Shown here one piece after another: positions 51,361 through 60,193 of a stretch of DNA of 64,000 nt. This DNA comes from Synechococcus sp. Its GTDB lineage: Bacteria; Cyanobacteriota; Cyanobacteriia; PCC-6307; Cyanobiaceae. The position numbers were made by a program, and so were the translations under genes. Location of the stretch: assembly GCA_047285305.1 (NCBI GenBank), contig JBJBDL010000003.1:256001-320000 (forward strand), written 5' to 3'. Numbering within the stretch: the first letter of the stretch is position 1; each line of letters begins with the position of its first letter. The notes under the pieces are model-generated. The model made no database searches. It saw only the letters and a program-made list of their open reading frames with translations, and had not been told where the DNA came from.

Positions 51361-52851
51361 ATGACGGGAGACAAAGAGAAAATATTTCATCCTGCCTCAG
51401 ACTTAGCAAAAAAAGCTTGGGAACAAAGAAAGCTGATAAGACAGTTTATTCTTGATCATCCAAAGTCTGGAATAGCGCTATTGAAGGAAAAATTCAGATT
51501 TGGAAGCGAAAACGAATTATGGGACGAATATATCTTCAATATAATGGTAAGGCCATGTTTGGAACAATGCTGCGCGGCACCTTTAAAAGAGGCGGTAAAC
51601 AAGTATGCAAAGATTGACGAGTCATTGTTCATTCCTTACATAAGAAGAGAAGAGGACCCAAAGAGATTTGAACGTGCATTTTGGAATGTAAACAAATATG
51701 GGCTGAGGATCAGCGAGAGAATACAGAACGAGATAGAGATAGATGCCAAAAAGAAAGAAAAAAATAGCAAGAAAAATATGTGCATACTATTCAAGGGAAA
51801 ACTAGTTTTAGCGCATACCGAGTTCTTGATAGCATTCTTGATTGGATGCAAACATTTTAAAGATACGGTGGATATTACGATAGTGCTACTAGACGACGAT
51901 GGGAGGTCACTTGAAAACCTAAATCACATAAAAGTCAAAAGCCTAATTAAAGAAAAAGATACATATTCGAAACTTAAGAAGGTAATGACCCTTTGCAAGG
52001 AAGAATGCTATGACAGCACAGTATGGGTAGCTTGTGTTCAACACCTAGCACTATACATGGGCATGAATAGAACTAGATCACAGGCGTACTGGTCTATGAA
52101 ATATCATAGTATTGTGATGCCAACACTAGACAAATATGCAGCGATTGGATTCGGGGGGGAAAGTTTTGTTTATGGGAATACTGAATGGTACAGAGGAAGA
52201 GCATTTCCTTACCTAAAGAAAACCATGGTGTCAAAAGATAAAAAGGAAGCTCTGAAAAGGAAACTTGGTATCACAGAACACTCAAAAGTTGTAGGATGTT
52301 TCGTGCGTGAGGAAAAGACACATGGGAGAGAATTTTGGGAAGGAATCAAAGAACTCCTTACAAAGAAAAAAGATCTAGTATTTGTATTAGCATCCCAGTC
52401 ACTTAACAAGATGTCAGAAATAATCACAAGCGACTTGGAAGTAAACAGCAGGTTTAAGTACGTTGGATGGGTTAACACAAAATTCATAGTACATATTCTG
52501 GATCTATACTTTGACAGCTATCCAAGGGGATCGTGCAACACAATCTTTGAAGCAATACAGGCAAACAAACCGATAGTCATGACAGACACCGAATTAAACA
52601 GAGAATCTTCGGCTTTGATATATCTTCAAAGCGCCAGGGGCAATACAAGAGTAGAGGGAGTTTCTGAAAATTTCAGGGATCAAATCAATGAATCCCTAAA
52701 AATATTAGACGATAAAAAATACAGAGAAAGAATTAAGAAACAACAATACCAACTCTTCGAGAAGCTGAATGGGCAACAAGTACTTTTCGCAAAAGACTAT
52801 CTTCAATATTTCATGGATATTGAACTTTCTATTAGAAAGAAAGCATCATGA
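51361..52851 (+). CDS. GT-B glycosyltransferase-like protein (GT41/OGT C-terminal-like)
   Basis: DLYFDSYPRGSCNTIFEAIQANKPIV resembles the GT41 D-x-x-L-D-T-x-P-x-x-G-x-x-T-x-x-E-A motif. Confidence 0.55.
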   Translation: MTGDKEKIFHPASDLAKKAWEQRKLIRQFILDHPKSGIALLKEKFRFGSENELWDEYIFNIMVRPCLEQCCAAPLKEAVNKYAKIDESLFIPYIRREEDPKRFERAFWNVNKYGLRISERIQNEIEIDAKKKEKNSKKNMCILFKGKLVLAHTEFLIAFLIGCKHFKDTVDITIVLLDDDGRSLENLNHIKVKSLIKEKDTYSKLKKVMTLCKEECYDSTVWVACVQHLALYMGMNRTRSQAYWSMKYHSIVMPTLDKYAAIGFGGESFVYGNTEWYRGRAFPYLKKTMVSKDKKEALKRKLGITEHSKVVGCFVREEKTHGREFWEGIKELLTKKKDLVFVLASQSLNKMSEIITSDLEVNSRFKYVGWVNTKFIVHILDLYFDSYPRGSCNTIFEAIQANKPIVMTDTELNRESSALIYLQSARGNTRVEGVSENFRDQINESLKILDDKKYRERIKKQQYQLFEKLNGQQVLFAKDYLQYFMDIELSIRKKAS

Positions 52852-53765
52852 GATTAGTGGTTCTTGGTGGCGGTGGCTTTGTAGGATCATGCATTCACGA
52901 AATGCTGATTCATAGAGATATTGGTGGAATATTCATATCGCGAAATTTTTGCAAAGGACACAGTTGGCGGGGTGAAAATGTAGTCACAAAACAATGTGAT
53001 ATTGGTTCAATAGATCAAATCGCTTCAATAATTCACGATGAAGTGGATATTCTGTATATGGCAAATACGCCGTCACTCGAAAGTTATGAACATATATCGA
53101 CATCAAGGTGGACCGAGGGCATTGAGCGTATGGTGAAAACATTAGATGAGCTGTCTAAGTTGACATATGTGAAAATAAAATCAGTTGGATTAATTAGCTC
53201 AGCTGGAACAGTATATGGAAGTTCTCAAAATATACGAACAATAGAAAGCAAGTTAGAGCCAAAGTCATTCTATGGGCTCTATCACTGCCTTGCAGAAAAG
53301 GCATTACAATTTTGGTGCAATAGGAAGGGAATAGACTACAAAATTATGAGAGTAACCAATCCGTACGGCAAGGCTCAACTCAGATCAAGGCGTAAAGGGT
53401 TAATTGTGTCGCTATTAAAAACATTTGAAAATGGTAAGTATGTAGAAATAAGAGGAAACGGCCAACAAGTTAGGGACTATATATACGCAGAAGACTTAGG
53501 TGATTCTATAATCGATATGATGGAGAAAAAGGGTAGTAGTACAGTGAATTTGTGCAGTGGTTATGCAGCAAGTGGGATAGATATTGTGAATGCAATTGAA
53601 AGAGTGACTGGAAAAACCCCTTTATACAAACTCAGCTCGATTGAATATGAGTTTGAAGTAAGTAAAAATATAGTTGCATCCATGGCAACTAAAACAATAT
53701 TAGATAGAGGCGGATACCTAAACTTAGAACAGGGCATAGAGAAAGTATACAATTCAACCCAATGA
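52848..53765 (+). CDS. NAD-dependent epimerase/dehydratase
   Basis: VLGGGGFVG, SSAGTVYG, RVTNPYG and GNGQQVRDYIY motifs; the YxxxK position reads YGLYH. Confidence 0.85.
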   Translation: MRLVVLGGGGFVGSCIHEMLIHRDIGGIFISRNFCKGHSWRGENVVTKQCDIGSIDQIASIIHDEVDILYMANTPSLESYEHISTSRWTEGIERMVKTLDELSKLTYVKIKSVGLISSAGTVYGSSQNIRTIESKLEPKSFYGLYHCLAEKALQFWCNRKGIDYKIMRVTNPYGKAQLRSRRKGLIVSLLKTFENGKYVEIRGNGQQVRDYIYAEDLGDSIIDMMEKKGSSTVNLCSGYAASGIDIVNAIERVTGKTPLYKLSSIEYEFEVSKNIVASMATKTILDRGGYLNLEQGIEKVYNSTQ

Positions 53766-54304
53766 TATTTAATAATAAAAACTAATTTACAAGAAAGAGA
53801 ATCTTCAATTGACAGCTGGCATCAGTTAAGATAAAAAGCAAGGGATACAAGAAAAGATTAGCTTTTTCCAGGAAAAAACAGAGTAGAGTGGTAAATAAAG
53901 GAAATAATAGAAAGAATACATAAGCCAAACTGCGACAACAAGGATAAAGTTTGAAAGTATCAATGAAAGAAAGGAAAAAAGAAGCCCATAGCAGGGCGGA
54001 GCAGTGGCAATTGTATCAAGAATAGATTATAGAGAAAGCAAGGACAGACACACAATACTGAGTAATGAAAACGGAGAAAATAATGGTAAGCAGAGGGGTC
54101 GATGTTGAAACAAGATACGGAAAGATAATGAATTAGTACAAGCAAAGAAGAGATAAAGCAAAAGCGGTTGTAAACAAGGGTCACGTGAATAAGGTAAAAA
54201 TAATCCGCACGGTGCGGTAGGAAATATAAAAGAAGAACTAGTTATAGAAAGAGAGAAGATATAACAATTAAAAAAACAAACGGTATATAAACCGAATAAT
54301 AAGG

Positions 54305-54336
54305 CAAAAAAAAACTCCCCCCTAAAAGGGGGGAGA
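54305..54336 (-). terminator. Strong Rho-independent terminator after the surface-protein gene
   Basis: Minus strand CTCCCCCC-TTTTA-GGGGGGAG followed by a T9 tract. Confidence 0.88.
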
Positions 54337-54362
54337 GATTTGTGAAAGTTGATAGCTGAGTA

Positions 54363-56060
54363 TCAGGAGAACGTAACGGCAACGATGGCGGTTGAAGCCG
54401 ACATCGTGATCGTCTTGGTGTTCGCAGCATCACCGAGAGCTACAACCAGGTCGTCAGAACCACCTTGGACAAACAGGTAGTTGATGTTGGATCCATCACG
54501 GAAGACAACAGCAGCACCAGCGGTGGTCATCTGCGAATCAACGTAGCTGGCACGGGCAGTTACGTCAGCAGCGTAAGTAGAAGTGAAAGTGACGAAACCG
54601 TTCGATGCAGTTGCATTGGTTGCACTGAAGGAACCGGCATCTGTGCTTCCGGGGAGATAGTTGAACCGGAAGGTATCAACAGTGCTTCCACCCATGAAGG
54701 CGATGGTGTCCATCGCGGTCAGAGTCGAATCTGAAGCAGCGGAATAACCGAAGGTAAACGCTGCGCCAGATACGACATCGGCGGTATCAGCACTGAAGAC
54801 GTCAGCACCAGCGCCACCAAAGACGGTTGCTGCAGTACCACCTTCGTGTCCACCAGCAGAAGAGATGTCTGAAGCGAACTGGATGGTGTCGTTACCGCCA
54901 CCGCCATAGATGTAAGCGTCAGAGACATCAGAGGCAAAGGTGCCGGAGAACATCAGCAGGTCATTGCCAGCACCCAGCTGAATTTGGCTGCTGTCAAAGT
55001 CACCACTGAAGTAGACCGAGTCATCACCAACATTGGTCTGAACAAGGACACCACCGCCGGCAACAACTTCTGCAGTAATGAGATCATTGCCACCCATACC
55101 TTGGATGGTTACTGCAGTTGCGTTTGCAGCTGAGAAGGTAATGGTGTCATTACCGTCATAAGCATCGATGGTGTTGAGAGCATCACCAAGAATGAGGGCT
55201 GCAGTTGCAGTGGAGGCAACGTCAACCGTCAAAGCATCGGCGCCACCACCACCAGCAACGGTGCTGCCAATGGCATCTGCGTCGAAGTGGGTAGTGATGG
55301 TGTCATTACCACCGCCACCAAGGACGTATACCGAGCTAACAACTGTGCTGGCGTCAGAAGAAAGGGTGATCGTGTCAGCACCCTGGCCGCCTTGCACGGT
55401 GGTGGCTTTGATGATGCCACCAGCATCGTGGCTTAGATCGATCGTGTCGTTACCAGCACCACCGTCGAAGAAAGCGGCGTTGATAGTTGCTGCAGTTGTG
55501 TTGGTGGCAGACGCAGCAGATTGATCGTTATAGGTCCAGAAGCCGATGGTGTCGTTGCCAGCACCACCTGCGAGCGTGGATGCGCTCAGAGAAATAACTT
55601 CGTTGCCAAGGAAAACAGAGTCATCACCTGCGGCTGCGTCAACGGTGCTGCCAACTACGTAGCGAACACTGCGTTGTGAGGTGAGGAAGGCTGCGGTCTT
55701 AGCAGAACCAGCAACGGAGAGGGAAGTAGAGCCAGTGTTCACGGCCAGAGTGTGACCGGTGATAGTGGCTGAGAAGGCGTAGGTAGCGCTGTTACCTATG
55801 AGGTGGCCACTAAGAATGGTTGAAGCACTTGCAGTCGCACCACCACTTGCGTGGAAGTCCATCGTGACTGTCTGCGTGATGGCTGCAGATGCAGTAACGG
55901 TGTCACCGAGTGCAGCGAACGAGATGACGTCGTTGCCAGCGAGACCGTAAACGTTTGAAGCGGACTGCTCAGCGGTCTGACCAAGCGCAAGTTTGATCGT
56001 GTCTGAGTTGACGGAGGCTGTAAGAGTTTTTCCAGCCGAAGGAATGCCGTAAGAGGCCAT
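54363..56060 (-). CDS. RTX / Gly-Asp-repeat cell-surface protein (SwmA / S-layer-like, T1SS substrate)
   Basis: About 13 GGxGxD-type units (GGAGNDTI, GGQGADTI, GGGGNDTI...); Ala/Thr/Ser/Gly-rich, no Cys, no Sec signal; near an HlyB-type exporter. Confidence 0.8.
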   Translation of the reverse strand: MASYGIPSAGKTLTASVNSDTIKLALGQTAEQSASNVYGLAGNDVISFAALGDTVTASAAITQTVTMDFHASGGATASASTILSGHLIGNSATYAFSATITGHTLAVNTGSTSLSVAGSAKTAAFLTSQRSVRYVVGSTVDAAAGDDSVFLGNEVISLSASTLAGGAGNDTIGFWTYNDQSAASATNTTAATINAAFFDGGAGNDTIDLSHDAGGIIKATTVQGGQGADTITLSSDASTVVSSVYVLGGGGNDTITTHFDADAIGSTVAGGGGADALTVDVASTATAALILGDALNTIDAYDGNDTITFSAANATAVTIQGMGGNDLITAEVVAGGGVLVQTNVGDDSVYFSGDFDSSQIQLGAGNDLLMFSGTFASDVSDAYIYGGGGNDTIQFASDISSAGGHEGGTAATVFGGAGADVFSADTADVVSGAAFTFGYSAASDSTLTAMDTIAFMGGSTVDTFRFNYLPGSTDAGSFSATNATASNGFVTFTSTYAADVTARASYVDSQMTTAGAAVVFRDGSNINYLFVQGGSDDLVVALGDAANTKTITMSASTAIVAVTFS

Positions 56061-56196
56061 GAAAATCGGTTGGGCAGTCAGCCCAGAATCACCGATCGAA
56101 AGGTATCACGCAGTGGTAGTGCCGTCAATGGAAAAAGGAAGCGCGGCGCGAAGTTAGACAGGATATGAAAACATTGGGATGACAGTAAAAAATGTG

Positions 56197-57234
56197 TCAC
56201 ACAGATGAAGAGGCATCAGAGTAGAAGGGTGCTACGCGGTCAAGCGATAAATCAGGAGTTCCTTGACGCTCCTTGACAGATTTGATTACTGATTTGTCAG
56301 CACCAGATTTGGATGCAAGATCTAGGTAAGAAGAAGCCAGTCGGAACTCATTACGCATGTGAGCGAAATTAGAGAGATTGATAAACAGTGAGGAATCTGT
56401 GGAGCCGAGGGCAATAGCCGTAAGAGCACATATCTCTGCATCTTTGTAGGATTTTAGAGAGATATAAGCATCCGAAGCAATTGAGTAAAGCACAGGATTC
56501 GTGCCAACTAATAGATAGATAGCCTGTATATCCTTGAGAGCAGCAGAAGGATTAGACTGTGCGAGTGAACGTGCTAATGTAATCCTTTCCTGAATTTCTT
56601 GAGAAGAAAAATTTGGTTTAACCTTGGATTTAGCAGAATCCTTTTCAGCATGGTGATCAACTTCAGCCTTAGAAAAGGCATAAAGAAGAGGATCTATCGC
56701 TACTGATAGCTCATATTCAGACCCATTAAGTGATACATGCTGTGGAGGACTGGATAATGCCTCCTCTTCGAGAAGTTTTAAGCGATTAAGGTTAGAGAGA
56801 ATATCTGCTTCGTTGACAGGTTTATTGCTAAGAGCTTTATTGAGAAGATCACGTGCTTCTGGGAAATTGCCATTATCGATCAACAAGTTGGCATAGTTAT
56901 TTGCCAATAAAGTGTCATTCGGAAAAAGCTGTATTGCCTCCTGAAATATCTCTTTAGAAGCTTCGAGATCGCCCTTTCTACGTGCAGCGGCGCCCCACGT
57001 AGCAAAAAACTCGGGCAAATGCTTTAAAAGGCTATAAGAAGAGCGTGATGCAGAGACCGCATCTGCATAAAGACCCAGGTGAAAAAGGGAGATAATGTAG
57101 AAAAAGGCTGAATTAGGATCTACAGCTTGGATGTCTGTAGAAGCAATATTTTCATAGGAATTCTTAATTTCGAGCCAGGATTGTTGATTGTAGAGGTCAA
57201 GCCAATCAATCTCTGTCGCAATTTTTGGGGACAT
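56197..57234 (-). CDS. TPR-repeat protein
   Basis: TPR-like helices (WGAAARRKGDLEAS, NNYANLLIDNGNFPEA). Confidence 0.75.
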   Translation of the reverse strand: MSPKIATEIDWLDLYNQQSWLEIKNSYENIASTDIQAVDPNSAFFYIISLFHLGLYADAVSASRSSYSLLKHLPEFFATWGAAARRKGDLEASKEIFQEAIQLFPNDTLLANNYANLLIDNGNFPEARDLLNKALSNKPVNEADILSNLNRLKLLEEEALSSPPQHVSLNGSEYELSVAIDPLLYAFSKAEVDHHAEKDSAKSKVKPNFSSQEIQERITLARSLAQSNPSAALKDIQAIYLLVGTNPVLYSIASDAYISLKSYKDAEICALTAIALGSTDSSLFINLSNFAHMRNEFRLASSYLDLASKSGADKSVIKSVKERQGTPDLSLDRVAPFYSDASSSV

Positions 57235-57235
57235 G

Positions 57236-58990
57236 TCAATTGGTTTTGAGTGAAAGGTTGCGTTGATCTTTTAACCATATCTTAGCATCTAATATAGCTG
57301 AATCCCAGTCACCTGACGAATCTTGGTAAGAACATTGAACGTCCTTATACCAATAACTGCCTTGATAAATTGACGGATCAATCCATCGCCAATCACTCTG
57401 GTTGCTAACCAAACAAAAAGTAGGTTTCATCAGCATGGCAGCAGCATGAACAGTGGTATTAGCGACTGTCAAAACACAATCAACCGCATCAACCTGGGGT
57501 AACCAACCAATAAAATCAGAAATTGGGTCTACAGAATCATCATGGATTATTGGAACTCCTGTTTTGGAGGCGGCTCTGGAAACAACATTGGCATCATCGC
57601 CGTACTGCAAGCTAACAAAAGTAAGACCATCTAGATCAAGAGACCGAAGAATTTGAACAAGATTAATAGATTTTTTTTGCTGACGATCTTTGGTTCCGCC
57701 TCCTTGCCAACTAACGCCAACAACCAGTGGTGAGTCATAACTTGATTGGCTAAGATATGATTTCCGAAGTTTCTTTGATAATTTAGAGGGAATTGAGAGA
57801 ATAGGTTCTTGAGGGGGAGAGTACGATTGATAGGAATTTATAAAGAATTTAGGAAGGGAACCGACAGGGATTTGGTAAGAAAAGTGGTCGGGACCAAGCG
57901 AAGAGACATCATCGCGGTTCATATACTTAATATTGTTCGGCAACTGAGAATATTTGCGATAAACGTCTAACAGACGTCTTCCGGGCAAGAAATATATAGT
58001 CGCAGATGAGTCAATGTGTGATAAAAGGGTTGAGAACATAATAGTATCGCCAATTGCTTGCTCGGCATAAACAAGGATATTTTTTCCAGCAAGGTCAGAA
58101 CCATCCCAAATAGGTATATCGTCGTAAGAGAAAATTGGTTGGAGACAGCGTTGCCAACGCTGGGGTGTATTTGTTGGAACAACTAGACCATGTTCATATA
58201 ACTTCCATCCATTTTTCATATCACCAGCTTTGAGAAGATTGATAGCATTATTCCAACTAGCAGAATGCCATCTCTTTATGTCATCAGCAGATAATTCAGG
58301 GTTGTTATTTTTGATCGATTCGGAAAGGAGTAAGTCGGCTTTCTTATAATATCCATAGGCAACATCGGTATCACGCAAAATCGTAAAAGTCTCGCAAAGA
58401 AGTGCATACAAACGCAAATTGCCTATAAGACTAGTAGGCTGATAGAGATCAATATCCTTTTGAAGGGAGCTGATTAGGCTCTCAGATTGAGTTTTAAGTT
58501 CAGGATATATTGAATTAATCTCGAGTGCTGTATTGAGCAAGTAGGGCAATAAACGACCTTTTTCTGATTTGTCGGATTTTAGATAAAATGACAGAAGCGA
58601 ACGATATGCCAGACACGGTAGCTTTAAACCACGCAGTGAGGCTGTCATTCCTAGAAGAGATGAAAGCGATGTTCTGTCTAGGGAAAGTGATAAACGTAAG
58701 GAATGAAATGCCTTTGAATATTCCTTGAGATCAAGATAAATATTTCCCTGATTTAGCAGGATGGAAGAATCATGAGGAAATCGTGAAAGGCCAAGCTTTG
58801 CGACTTCTAAGCCCTCTGACAACCTATTCTTGGAGCGCAAGCAGGAGATTAGATTTTGAAAAACATGATTAGGTACATCAGGTAGCTTCAGCAGCTGGTT
58901 GTATAGAGCTATAGCCCTATCAATGTCACCGTCAGCATGTGATCTGATAGCATTCTGTAGAAGCGCATGAACGTTATCAGAGGTGGACAT
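57236..58990 (-). CDS. TPR-containing glycosyltransferase (GT9-like C-terminus)
   Basis: N-terminal TPRs; WDGSDLAGKNILVYAEQAIGDTIMF, VGVSWQGG, FVSLQYG, VANTTVHAA and DWRW motifs; start placed at ATG 58990. Confidence 0.8.
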   Translation of the reverse strand: MSTSDNVHALLQNAIRSHADGDIDRAIALYNQLLKLPDVPNHVFQNLISCLRSKNRLSEGLEVAKLGLSRFPHDSSILLNQGNIYLDLKEYSKAFHSLRLSLSLDRTSLSSLLGMTASLRGLKLPCLAYRSLLSFYLKSDKSEKGRLLPYLLNTALEINSIYPELKTQSESLISSLQKDIDLYQPTSLIGNLRLYALLCETFTILRDTDVAYGYYKKADLLLSESIKNNNPELSADDIKRWHSASWNNAINLLKAGDMKNGWKLYEHGLVVPTNTPQRWQRCLQPIFSYDDIPIWDGSDLAGKNILVYAEQAIGDTIMFSTLLSHIDSSATIYFLPGRRLLDVYRKYSQLPNNIKYMNRDDVSSLGPDHFSYQIPVGSLPKFFINSYQSYSPPQEPILSIPSKLSKKLRKSYLSQSSYDSPLVVGVSWQGGGTKDRQQKKSINLVQILRSLDLDGLTFVSLQYGDDANVVSRAASKTGVPIIHDDSVDPISDFIGWLPQVDAVDCVLTVANTTVHAAAMLMKPTFCLVSNQSDWRWIDPSIYQGSYWYKDVQCSYQDSSGDWDSAILDAKIWLKDQRNLSLKTN

Positions 58991-60175
58991 TTGAAGATTT
59001 TGTTCCTTCATCATAATTATCCTGCACAATTTGGTTTTTTACACGAAGAAGCTAGAAAACTTGGATACGATTCTAAATTTCTATGTGAAACGGCACCGTG
59101 GGACCATCAAAGCTATCGAGGTGTTGAAAGGTTGTTTACGAATAATAGCATAGCTCCGAAAAGGACATCGATGCATTCACAGATTGATTGTGGATATATT
59201 TATTTGAAAAAGATGCAAAAGATGTTATCTGAGGGATTCTATCCGGACGTAATCGTATCGCACACAGGCTGGGGATGTGGGTTGTTCGCGAAATACATAT
59301 TTCCAGATGCCCGTTTAATCTCATATTGCGAGCTATGGTTTAATGCAAGTATCAAGGAATATCGAGGCATAAAAGAACAATTCGAGCTGGAAGAAAAGCA
59401 AAGTCTGTCAATGTACAAACGTAATATCACGCAATCAAGTGAGCTAAGTCAATGTGATGAAATCGTCTGTGCGACATATTGGCAAAAGGATCTATTACCA
59501 GAAAGATTAGCCAAAAATGCGCATGTAATTCACGAAGGAACGGATTGCAGCTACTTTGTCCAAAATGATCAATGGAAAAAAGGGGAAAAGAAGCTAATAA
59601 CATATGCAACAAGGGGAATGGAGCCTATGCGAGGTTTCCCGGAATTCATAAGCGGAACAATAGAATTCATGCGGCAACACAAAGAAGATTTTTCAGTAGA
59701 AATTGCAGGACAAGATAAGGTTTTCTACGGTCAACAAGGAAAAGTTTCCTATAAAAAAAAGGCACAGATTAAGATAGAATCAAACCAACTGACGAAAGAC
59801 ATAGTGTTTAGAGGAAGGCTAGAAAGAAAAGAATATGCAAGATTGCTAAAACGATCGCATATACATTGCTACTTTACAAGAGAATTTGTACCAAGCTGGA
59901 GTTTAATAGATGCGATGTCAACAGGCTGCCTGCTCGTAGTAAATAAAACAGCAAGTGTAAAAGACATTCTGCCAGATGATGGTGTTGTTTGGATAGATGA
60001 TATCACTCAAGAATCGATCCATAATGGCTTATGCGAAGCCATGGAACTTATAAACAGGGAGCCAAAGAGAGTAGAGATGATGAGAAACAAATGCAGAAGG
60101 AATGCGGTAGAAAAATTCGAAAGAAAGGAAAGTATTGAGAAATGGTTTAAATTAATTAGGGAAGGAAGATTATGA
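58991..60175 (+). CDS. Glycosyltransferase family 4
   Basis: KILFLHHNYPAQF, PDVIVSHTGWG, RGMEPMRGF and FVPSWSLIDAMSTGC motifs; probable TTG start at 58991. Confidence 0.88.
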   Translation: MKILFLHHNYPAQFGFLHEEARKLGYDSKFLCETAPWDHQSYRGVERLFTNNSIAPKRTSMHSQIDCGYIYLKKMQKMLSEGFYPDVIVSHTGWGCGLFAKYIFPDARLISYCELWFNASIKEYRGIKEQFELEEKQSLSMYKRNITQSSELSQCDEIVCATYWQKDLLPERLAKNAHVIHEGTDCSYFVQNDQWKKGEKKLITYATRGMEPMRGFPEFISGTIEFMRQHKEDFSVEIAGQDKVFYGQQGKVSYKKKAQIKIESNQLTKDIVFRGRLERKEYARLLKRSHIHCYFTREFVPSWSLIDAMSTGCLLVVNKTASVKDILPDDGVVWIDDITQESIHNGLCEAMELINREPKRVEMMRNKCRRNAVEKFERKESIEKWFKLIREGRL

Positions 60176-60193
60176 AAAGATGACAAGCGATAT

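Noticed and set aside
54700..55950. Recurring GTCATTACC/GTCGTTACC-like DNA motifs as a CRISPR array or DGR repeat
   Set aside because: They are degenerate codons of the GGxGND protein repeats; no fixed repeat-spacer structure, cas gene or reverse transcriptase.
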